From Thermoleophilia bacterium (lineage in GTDB: Bacteria > Actinomycetota > Thermoleophilia > UBA2241), in the NCBI GenBank assembly GCA_035464075.1, contig DATHSP010000002.1:1-31702 (forward strand): 31,702 nt of DNA, in the 5' to 3' direction. The position numbers were made by a program, and so were the translations under genes. A model generated the notes under the pieces. The model did no database searches, was not told the DNA's origin, and worked only from the letters and a program-made list of their open reading frames with translations. This document shows, piece by piece, positions 25,387 to 31,702 of the stretch (positions within the stretch are counted from its first letter, which is position 1; the number at the start of each line of letters is the position of its first letter).

Positions 25387-25800
25387 TCACCAGTCGAGCT
25401 CGAGGCGCTCGCCCTCGAGGCCGACGATGTCGGTGATGTCCTGAACCGTCTCGAGCAGGCCGCGATAGGCGCCGCCCGCGTCCCTGACGGCCGAGTAGCG
25501 ATACAGGTAGAGCCGGCCGTCGTCCTCGGGGTGCCAGAAGACGGCCTCGTCGCGGCTGCCGTCGCGGAAGGCCGCCTCCATACGGTCGATCGTCGCCCGC
25601 GACTTCGGTGCGTGGCAGTCGTTCATGTGCCGGCCGACGAACGCCGCGTCGCAGTCGGCGAAGATGCCGCCGTGCCAGTAGAGCAGGGTGCCGTGCTCGT
25701 CGGCGAACGAGACGTCGACCGGCACGTGGCGCAGCACGAGGTCGAGCTGCTCGGGGGTGAGGGTGCCGGCCTGGGGCTTGGCGGACGCTGGAGCGCTCAT
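25387..25800 (-). CDS. Small PAS-fold protein (PAS_10/DUF438-related, 137 aa)
   Basis: GGGAGG lies 4 nt before the ATG. The pattern LYWHGGIFADCD…FVGRHMNDCHAPKS…GRLYLYRYSAV.D..G.Y.G.LE..QDIT resembles the PAS_10 domain found in DUF438 and hemerythrin sensor proteins. It is the first gene of a three-gene minus-strand operon with the M24 and M20 peptidases. Confidence 0.5.
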   Translation of the reverse strand: MSAPASAKPQAGTLTPEQLDLVLRHVPVDVSFADEHGTLLYWHGGIFADCDAAFVGRHMNDCHAPKSRATIDRMEAAFRDGSRDEAVFWHPEDDGRLYLYRYSAVRDAGGAYRGLLETVQDITDIVGLEGERLELDW

Positions 25801-26040
25801 GTGACCTCCCGGGGCGATATGGCGGTGCGCCTCGCGGACGCGGCCGCTGCGTGCCCGGATTATGTCACGCGGTCCTCCGCCCGCAGGCTCTGCGCGGCAC
25901 GCCGTCGGCGAGCCTTGCGCGGCCCGCGTGGGTGGGCCCGAGGCGGTTCCGCGTGGGCGCGCCCGGGTAGAAGGCAGCCGTCCGCTGCCGCGAGCTCCCG
26001 CCCGGTCGGGCGGAGCGACCCGGGGGTCCGTCGCGAGGGG

Positions 26041-27417
26041 GTGGCCAAGGTGCCCGTCTACGAGCGTCGCAGCACGATGCCGGTATCGGCCGACGAGCTG
26101 TATGCGTGGCACGCGCGCCCGGGCGCCTTCGAGCGCCTGGCGCCCCCCTGGCAGCGCCTGCGCGTCGTCGAGCGCAGCGGGACGATCGAGGACGGCGACC
26201 GGCTGGTGATGGAGGCCCCCGTCGGGCCGGCGCACGTGCGCTGGGTGGCCGTGCATCGCGAGCACGTGCCCGGACGGCAGTTCGTCGACGTGCAGGAGAA
26301 GGGTCCGTTCGCCCTCTGGCGTCACCGTCACGCGTTCGAGCCCGAGGGTGAGCTGCAGAGCACGCTCCACGACACGGTCGAGTACGAGCTCCCGGGTCCG
26401 CCGGCGGTGACGCGGGCGGGGGCGGGCGCCGCGCAGCGACGGCTCGAGCGGCTGTTCGCGTTCCGACACGAGCGGACGCGGGACGATCTCGAACGCCACC
26501 TCGCCTTCGCCGACCGGCCGCGTCTCCGGGTCGCGATCGCCGGGGCGAGCGGCTTCGTCGGGTCGCACCTCACCGCCTTCCTCACCACCGGCGGCCATGA
26601 AGTCGTGCGCCTGACCCGGCGGCGGGACCCCGGGCCGGGATGGGTGCACTGGGACCCGGCGACGGGCACCGTCGACCAGGCCGCCCTCGAGGGTGTGGAC
26701 GCCGTCGTGAACCTGGCCGGTACGTCGCTCGCTTGGCTGTGGACGCCGGCGCGCCGCCGGGACATCCTCGAGAGTCGGCGCCAGACCACGGGCCTCGTCG
26801 CGACCGCGGCGGCAGCGCTGCCTCGGCCGCCGCGCGTCGTCATCTCGGCCTCCGCCGTGGGCTTCTACGGCAGTCGCGGCGCCGAGGAGCTGACCGAGGA
26901 GAGCGCGGCCGGCCAGGGGTTCCTCCCCGAGGTCTGCAAGATCTGGGAGGACTCCCTCGAGCCGGCGCGCGCGGGGGGCATCCGGACAGTCTCGCTGCGC
27001 TTCGGGCTCGTTTGGGGCGGCGCCGGCGGGATGCTGCCGCTGATGGCGATGCCGTTCAAGGCCGCCCTGGGCACGCGCCTCGGCGACGGCGAACAGTGGA
27101 TGAGCTGGGTGGCGATCGACGATCTCCTCGGGGCTGCGCTGCTCGCTCTCTACGACGAGGGGCTGTCGGGGCCAGTGAACGTGACCTCACCCGGGCCGGT
27201 CACCAATCGCGACTTCACGCGCACGCTGGCCCGCGTCGTGCGGCGGCCGGCCCCCTTCGCGGCGCCGCAGGGGCTGCTCGAGCGCGGTCTCGGTGACATG
27301 GGCCGCGAACTGCTGCTGACGAGCCAGCGCGTCAGGCCTGCCCGCCTCACGGCGGCCGGCTTCCGCTGGCTCTTCCCCGACCTCGAGGCGGCCCTGCGCT
27401 TCGAGCTGGGCCGGTGA
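26041..27417 (+). CDS. TIGR01777-family (YfcH-like) NAD-dependent epimerase/oxidoreductase with an N-terminal SRPBCC domain
   Basis: N-terminal SRPBCC (YAWHARPGAFERLAPPW…). Rossmann motif IAGASGFVGSHL. C-terminal DUF1731 (…GPVNVTSPGPVTNRDFTRTLARVVRRP…). Start at the GTG at 26041, or at the ATG at 26077. The upstream 300 codons of the track ORF are a run-on. Confidence 0.8.
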   Translation: MAKVPVYERRSTMPVSADELYAWHARPGAFERLAPPWQRLRVVERSGTIEDGDRLVMEAPVGPAHVRWVAVHREHVPGRQFVDVQEKGPFALWRHRHAFEPEGELQSTLHDTVEYELPGPPAVTRAGAGAAQRRLERLFAFRHERTRDDLERHLAFADRPRLRVAIAGASGFVGSHLTAFLTTGGHEVVRLTRRRDPGPGWVHWDPATGTVDQAALEGVDAVVNLAGTSLAWLWTPARRRDILESRRQTTGLVATAAAALPRPPRVVISASAVGFYGSRGAEELTEESAAGQGFLPEVCKIWEDSLEPARAGGIRTVSLRFGLVWGGAGGMLPLMAMPFKAALGTRLGDGEQWMSWVAIDDLLGAALLALYDEGLSGPVNVTSPGPVTNRDFTRTLARVVRRPAPFAAPQGLLERGLGDMGRELLLTSQRVRPARLTAAGFRWLFPDLEAALRFELGR

Positions 27418-27538
27418 CGGTCATCGTGCGAACGGCGGTGAGAGCGTGGCCCCAGCCGACTCGAGTCGCCGGTGCGCGCGCAGCCGGCCGGCCGCGCGCG
27501 CACGGCCGCTCAAGGGCGACTCGGCGGATGGAGTCGGC

Positions 27539-28219
27539 GTGACCGTCGACCTGCGGGGCAAGGTGGTGGTCGTCACCGGGGCGAGCCTCGGCATCGGCCG
27601 CGAGACCGCCTTCGGCTTCGCGGCCGAGGGCGCTCGGCTTGTGCTCTCCTATCACGAGCACGAAGAAGTGGCCCGTGCGGTGGCCGAACGGTGCGACGAG
27701 CTCGGCGCGCCCGAGGTCATGACGGCGCCGCTCGACCTGGGCGACGAGGGCAGCGTCCGCATCTTCGCGGCCACCGTCCTCGAGCGCTTCGAGGGCGTCG
27801 ACGTCCTCGTGAACAACGCCGGTATCGTCGTCTGGCGCCGCTTCGTCGAGCAGGAGGTCGACGAGATCGAGGCCCAGATACGGGTCAACCTGCTCGGCAC
27901 GCTGACGCTCACCCGGCTTCTACTGCCACACGTGCGCGACGCCGTGATCGACGTCGTCAGCACGGCGTCGCTGCACGGGTCGGCGACCCTCGCCCCGTAC
28001 GGTGCCAGCAAGTGGGGGCTGCGCGGCTTCACCAAGGCGCTGGCCAAAGAGCATCCCGAATTGCGCTTGTACAATGTGCACCCGGCCGTGACCGCGACGC
28101 GCATGAACGACTTCAAGGGCATGGACCCCGCCCGCGTCGCCGAGGTGATCGTCCGGGTGGCGCGCGGGGAGCTCGAGCTGGAGCCCGGCGCCGACGTCGA
28201 CCTTCGGGACTTCGCGTAG
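27539..28219 (+). CDS. SDR-family oxidoreductase
   Basis: TGASLGIGRETA (TGxxxGxG), NNAG, and the catalytic S…YGASK triad. Start at a GTG preceded by GGATGGAG. Confidence 0.85.
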   Translation: MTVDLRGKVVVVTGASLGIGRETAFGFAAEGARLVLSYHEHEEVARAVAERCDELGAPEVMTAPLDLGDEGSVRIFAATVLERFEGVDVLVNNAGIVVWRRFVEQEVDEIEAQIRVNLLGTLTLTRLLLPHVRDAVIDVVSTASLHGSATLAPYGASKWGLRGFTKALAKEHPELRLYNVHPAVTATRMNDFKGMDPARVAEVIVRVARGELELEPGADVDLRDFA

Positions 28220-28328
28220 AGCGTTCGTGGTGCCGTCCCGACCGCGTCGCGGCGCGCGAGTGCACGGACGACGGGCGCCCGTGATGTCGACGGGGTACGC
28301 GGCCGCAGGACGTACGGGGGGAGGTCCC

Positions 28329-29033
28329 GTGAACGAGGTGCGCGAGGCGGAAAGGAGTCTCGGCCGGCCGCTCATGGTGGCGTCGGTCGCCTTCCTTGCC
28401 GTGCTCGTGCTGATGACGGTGCTGAGCGCGCTGGGCACGCCCGAGGGCGACACGGTCGCGGCGCGCCTCGCCGCTCTCGCTCGCGAGGACACCGTGTACC
28501 GGCTGGGCTTCTTCTTCGCCTCGCTGGTCCCCGCCACGATGGTGCCGCTGATGGCGCTGATCGCCGTGGTCGCCGACCGCGGCGGTCCGGTGGCGAGGCC
28601 CTACGCCGTGACGGGCGCTCTGCTCGTCGCCGCCTACGCGCCGCTCTCGGCCGCCGCCTACGCCTCCCAGTACACCGTGTTCACCTGGCTGCTCGCGCGC
28701 GACCTGCCGGCGGCGGCGCCGTGGTACTTCGGCAACGAGCACGGCGCGGTCATCACCTTCGACCTGCTGGCCTACGCGATCTGGGGGACGGGTGCGATCC
28801 TGCTCGCCCGGCCGTTGCTCGCGCAGGGAGGTATCCGGAGGCTCCTCGCCTGGGCTTTGCTGGCCAGCGGCGCGACCTCGATCGTCGCCTTCGGCCTCCA
28901 TGCCCTCGGGGTGTCGGCGGCGGGACCGCTCTCCGTGGTGAGCGGCGCGCTCACGGTCCCGATCGGGGTGCTCGCCCTGCTCCTGGGCCGGGCGCTCGCA
29001 CGGGCGGGCGCGGGCCGCTCAGCGGGCCAGTGA
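28329..29033 (+). CDS. Hypothetical integral membrane protein (DUF4386-like, about 6 TM)
   Basis: GGGGGGAGG lies 4 nt before the GTG. Hydrophobic helices run throughout. No catalytic motif. Confidence 0.5.
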   Translation: MNEVREAERSLGRPLMVASVAFLAVLVLMTVLSALGTPEGDTVAARLAALAREDTVYRLGFFFASLVPATMVPLMALIAVVADRGGPVARPYAVTGALLVAAYAPLSAAAYASQYTVFTWLLARDLPAAAPWYFGNEHGAVITFDLLAYAIWGTGAILLARPLLAQGGIRRLLAWALLASGATSIVAFGLHALGVSAAGPLSVVSGALTVPIGVLALLLGRALARAGAGRSAGQ

Positions 29034-29693
29034 GGCCCGCTCGGCCCGCGCCCGGACGCCTCTGAGCATCCCGCGCTCCATGATGAAGTGCACCGGCTCG
29101 AGCAGAAGGGCGGCGGCGACGCGCGCCGCCGCCGTGCGGCGCCATGCGGCGCGCCAGCGGATGAGGAGGCGGCTGCGGCTGGGCCCCAGCGGCTCGACGA
29201 CGAACGCCCAGGTCGCGGCGATCTCGCCCCTGAAGAAGCTCCCCGGGGCCTGCGGCGGCTCTCCCGGCGCGCCGGTGCGGATCACGAAGGCGCGCGGCCG
29301 GTCAAGGACGACGATCGTCAGCTTGAGCTCGTGCTCGGGGTCGAGGGCGACGTAGTCCACACCGGGAATGAGCTCCTGCCACTCGGGGTGGACGCGGTCG
29401 GCGCTGTGGATGTCGAGACCGAAGACGTTCTCCAGGGCGTCGTAGGTGTAGAAACCGCCGCGGTTCTGTCCGAGCTGGACGAGCCAGGGGAAGACCGCCT
29501 CGGCGGACGCGTCGACGGTGACGGCGCGCGTCGTGACGTAGAAGGCCTCGCGCACGAGGTCGTCGCCGGGCAGCGGCTTCGCGACCTCGTCGGCGGTCGC
29601 CCCCCAGCGCCCGATCCGCCCCCGCAGAGCCAGCCAGCCCACGGGCGCGAGGAGGAGGACAGACGCGACGATCACGCGACGCGAGCGCTTCAT
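29019..29693 (-). CDS. SRPBCC-family protein (polyketide cyclase/dehydrase-like) with an N-terminal signal or anchor sequence
   Basis: N-terminus MKRSRRVIVASVLLLAPVGWLAL, then an SRPBCC-like beta-rich region. ATGA overlap with the upstream SGNH gene. Confidence 0.65.
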   Translation of the reverse strand: MKRSRRVIVASVLLLAPVGWLALRGRIGRWGATADEVAKPLPGDDLVREAFYVTTRAVTVDASAEAVFPWLVQLGQNRGGFYTYDALENVFGLDIHSADRVHPEWQELIPGVDYVALDPEHELKLTIVVLDRPRAFVIRTGAPGEPPQAPGSFFRGEIAATWAFVVEPLGPSRSRLLIRWRAAWRRTAAARVAAALLLEPVHFIMERGMLRGVRARAERASLAR

Positions 29694-30304
29694 GAGAGGG
29701 CACCGTCCTCCTCGGTGGCTATGGTGGCGGCGAGGACCTCGGCGACGACCGCTGCTCCGGCCTCGTTAAGGTGCACGCCGTCGATGGTGAAGGGCCCGCC
29801 GGCAGCGGCGAAGGCCGGGCGCAGGTCGACGAAGCGAGCCTGCGGCCGGCTGCCCGCCTCCGTCTCGACGACCTGCGCGAGCTCGTCCAGTCGTGTCGTG
29901 AACGGCTCGCCGAGGTCGCCGTCCGGGGCCACGGGGGGCAGGAGGAGCAGCCGCGGCGCCTTGCGGCCCACGAGTTCGAGCACGAGGTCGAGCGCTTGCG
30001 CGGCGGCGGCAGCGACGACGCCCCAGTCGGGCGGCGGCTCGCCGGCGAGCAGCCAGTCGCCGTCCTCGGGCAGCCAATCCCCGGCGGCGGCGGTGAAGGC
30101 GTCGTTGGTGCCGATCCAGACCACGGCGAGGTCGGCGCGGTCCACGCCGTCGCGGCGAAGGCGGGCGAGGAGGTCCACCGTCGTGTCGCCCGCCCTGCCG
30201 CGGTTGAGCAGCGTGTGACGTGGCAGGCGCCGCTCCAGCAGTGGCAGGAAGCCCGCGCCCGGCCAGCCCTCGGTCAGGCTGTCGCCGTAGAAGGCGATCC
30301 TCAA
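29690..30304 (-). CDS. SGNH/GDSL-family hydrolase
   Basis: IAFYGDSLTEGW (GDSL block I with the catalytic Ser), GTND (block III) and DGVHLN (block V). Probable TTG start. Confidence 0.75.
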   Translation of the reverse strand: MRIAFYGDSLTEGWPGAGFLPLLERRLPRHTLLNRGRAGDTTVDLLARLRRDGVDRADLAVVWIGTNDAFTAAAGDWLPEDGDWLLAGEPPPDWGVVAAAAAQALDLVLELVGRKAPRLLLLPPVAPDGDLGEPFTTRLDELAQVVETEAGSRPQARFVDLRPAFAAAGGPFTIDGVHLNEAGAAVVAEVLAATIATEEDGALS

Positions 30305-30397
30305 GGCGACACCGAGGGCCCGGCCGCCAGGTCACATGCCCCCGGCTCAGGCGGCGCCGGACGTGGCGCTGCGTGGGCGGACCGCACGCGGTCGCCC

Positions 30398-31207
30398 TCA
30401 GACCGTCTCGATGCTCAGCATGCCGAGCGCCGTCGTCACGTCGATCTCGAGGCTGGGCCGCGCGCCGGACTCGTACTCGGGCGTCGCGTACTCGCCGCCC
30501 CAGAAGGTCGCCCCGGTGTCCTTGCGCACGAAGCCGGGGCCGATCGTCATCTGCGCGATGGCGCCGCTCACCTTGACCCGCGCCGGCACGCCCGAGCTGA
30601 TGAGGATCGCGCACGAACCGAGTGCCGCCGTGACCTCCGCTTTGGCGTCGCGATTGAGCGCGTCGCCGGTGAAGTGCAGGCGGGCGCTGCCGGCGGCGCC
30701 CTTGATCTCGAAGCGCTCGGCGCTGGCGTTGAGGAGCCCCTCGAGGCGCAGCGAACCGGCTCCGGTCAACACCCGCAGGGTCGACATCGGCGTCAGCACC
30801 GGCCGCGCGAAGCCGATCGTGGACTCGGCCGCCCCGGCCTGCACCAGCAACTCGGTGATGGGCAGCCCGCCGAGCTCGTACGAAGCGTGGCCGATGCCGC
30901 CCTTGACGTGGAGGGCGTACGGCTTCGCCGTGCCGAGCTCGAGGTTGAGCCGGTTCACCCGGTCGCGGCCCAGAAGGCTGTCGATGCGCCAGCCCTCCGG
31001 ATGTGTGAAACGGACCTCCCCGCCGTGCACCTCGACGGCCGGCGCGCATTCCGGCGCGTCGCACTCGAGGGCTCCGGCCAGGAGCTGCTCTCCCGTGCCG
31101 GGCTGTGCCGTGACGTCCCCCGGCGCCTTCAGCGTGAGGACCAGGATGACCGGATCGACGGCGGGGTAGGCGACGTCGATCGCTTCCGTGCGGAGTTCGT
31201 GCGCCAC
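30398..31207 (-). CDS. DUF4097 / LiaF-C-terminal-like (toast-rack beta-solenoid) protein, soluble
   Basis: Repetitive beta-strand pattern (LHVKGGIGHASYELGG…LRVLTGAGSLRLEGL…FEIKGAAGSARLHFTG…VKVSGAIAQMTIG). I placed the start at a GTG preceded by GGGAGGGAG (near 31207). An alternative ATG near 31285 has no SD. Confidence 0.55.
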   Translation of the reverse strand: MAHELRTEAIDVAYPAVDPVILVLTLKAPGDVTAQPGTGEQLLAGALECDAPECAPAVEVHGGEVRFTHPEGWRIDSLLGRDRVNRLNLELGTAKPYALHVKGGIGHASYELGGLPITELLVQAGAAESTIGFARPVLTPMSTLRVLTGAGSLRLEGLLNASAERFEIKGAAGSARLHFTGDALNRDAKAEVTAALGSCAILISSGVPARVKVSGAIAQMTIGPGFVRKDTGATFWGGEYATPEYESGARPSLEIDVTTALGMLSIETV

Positions 31208-31271
31208 GGTCTCCCTCCCAGGACGTGGCCGACCGCGAGCGCGGTCCGGGCCGGCTGACCTCTCGAGCGGT

Positions 31272-31702
31272 TCATACCCGTTCATCAAGGGGAAGGCGAC
31301 GCGGACGTTGTCGCGCCGGCACGACGGCCGATCCAACTGGGCGCGGTGCCCCCGGGCCGGACGACCGTGCGGGTGGTTGCTGCTGTGTGACGCAGTGGAC
31401 GCCGCCGTCGGAGCGAGCGAGGGTCCACCCGGGGACGCCGACGACCGCGCGACCCGGGAAGGCCTGGGCCAGAATGTCCCGCGCCTGCGCATCCCCGGGG
31501 TCGTCGAAGAGCGGCATGACGACGGCGCCGTTCGCCACGTAGAAGTTCAGGTACGAGGGTGAGTAGCGGACGCCGTCACGCGCGCGACTCCGGGGTTGAG
31601 GAACCTCGATCACCCTCAGGCGCCGGCCCCGGGCATCGCGCGCGCTGCGCAGCCGGGCGAGGTTCTCCCGCAGCGCGTCGTACTGGGTGTCGGAGGGGTC
31701 GT
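31272..31702 (-). CDS. Agmatine deiminase / Porphyromonas-type peptidyl-arginine deiminase family protein; C-terminal part only, because the gene runs off the 3' edge of the window
   Basis: YSPSYLNFYVANGAVVMPLFDDPGD…AFPGR.VVGV…L...GGVHCVTQQQP is the conserved C-terminus (catalytic Cys in GGVHC) of PF04371. The frame stays open to position 31702. Confidence 0.8.
   Translation of the reverse strand, partial: DPSDTQYDALRENLARLRSARDARGRRLRVIEVPQPRSRARDGVRYSPSYLNFYVANGAVVMPLFDDPGDAQARDILAQAFPGRAVVGVPGWTLARSDGGVHCVTQQQPPARSSGPGAPRPVGSAVVPARQRPRRLPLDERV

Noticed and set aside
23974-26040. 381-aa ORF 23974..25119 (+) and the first about 300 codons of the 761-aa ORF 25132..27417
   Set aside because: They are antisense to the M20, M24 and PAS genes. 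The 761-aa ORF only becomes protein-like at the SRPBCC/TIGR01777 start (26041). The upstream part is a frame run-on through the divergent gene cluster.
29766-31258. 432-aa (-) and 495-aa (+) ORFs overlapping the SGNH and DUF4097 genes
   Set aside because: They are alternate-frame or antisense to genes with GDSL blocks and a beta-solenoid repeat pattern. Their composition is R/G/A/P low-complexity.
1-31702. Search for tRNA, rRNA, CRISPR arrays and IS or integrase signatures
   Set aside because: I saw no T-arm-like GGTTCGAATCC-type motifs and no rRNA-like conserved stretches. There are no regularly spaced direct repeats with unique spacers; the only tandem repeats are the in-frame 18-bp coding repeats. 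No ORF has DDE-transposase, tyrosine-recombinase or serine-recombinase motifs.

Overview
The window is a 31.7-kb, very GC-rich (about 70% or more) chromosomal segment of actinobacterial type. Shine-Dalgarno sequences are GGAGG/GGGAGG and often sit only 3-5 nt from the start codon. Nearly every long ORF has a shadow ORF in the other frames or strand. I called genes from conserved protein motifs, SD sequences and G/C preference at the third codon position, not from ORF length. About 33 protein-coding genes are supported, mostly housekeeping or accessory metabolism plus membrane and transport functions. These include glpK, msrB, an amidase, a large flotillin/SPFH protein, an FAD-dependent disulfide oxidoreductase, an MFS exporter, an ABC-2 exporter pair, M20 and M24 peptidases, an SDR, VOC and SRPBCC proteins, and a partial agmatine-deiminase-family gene at the 3' edge. 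I found no rRNA, tRNA, CRISPR array, transposase or integrase. The loci I would look at again are: (1) an orphan OmpR-type response regulator whose receiver lacks the phospho-acceptor Asp and the conserved Lys, preceded by a 400-bp structured leader and followed by a 13-bp motif repeated twice directly and once inverted; (2) an unusually long flotillin (about 860 aa) with a duplicated SPFH-like module, next to an unlisted 54-aa membrane ORF; (3) a GNAT-cupin fusion whose linker is a TATAP(E) hexapeptide repeat encoded by an 18-bp tandem repeat; (4) several unlisted small genes and structures, namely a 58-aa zinc-ribbon protein, a perfect 20-bp palindromic hairpin, and an SD-driven small membrane ORF interrupted by an in-frame TGA. 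Coordinates read by hand from the sequence may be off by 1-2 nt. Where available I used the ORF-track coordinates.
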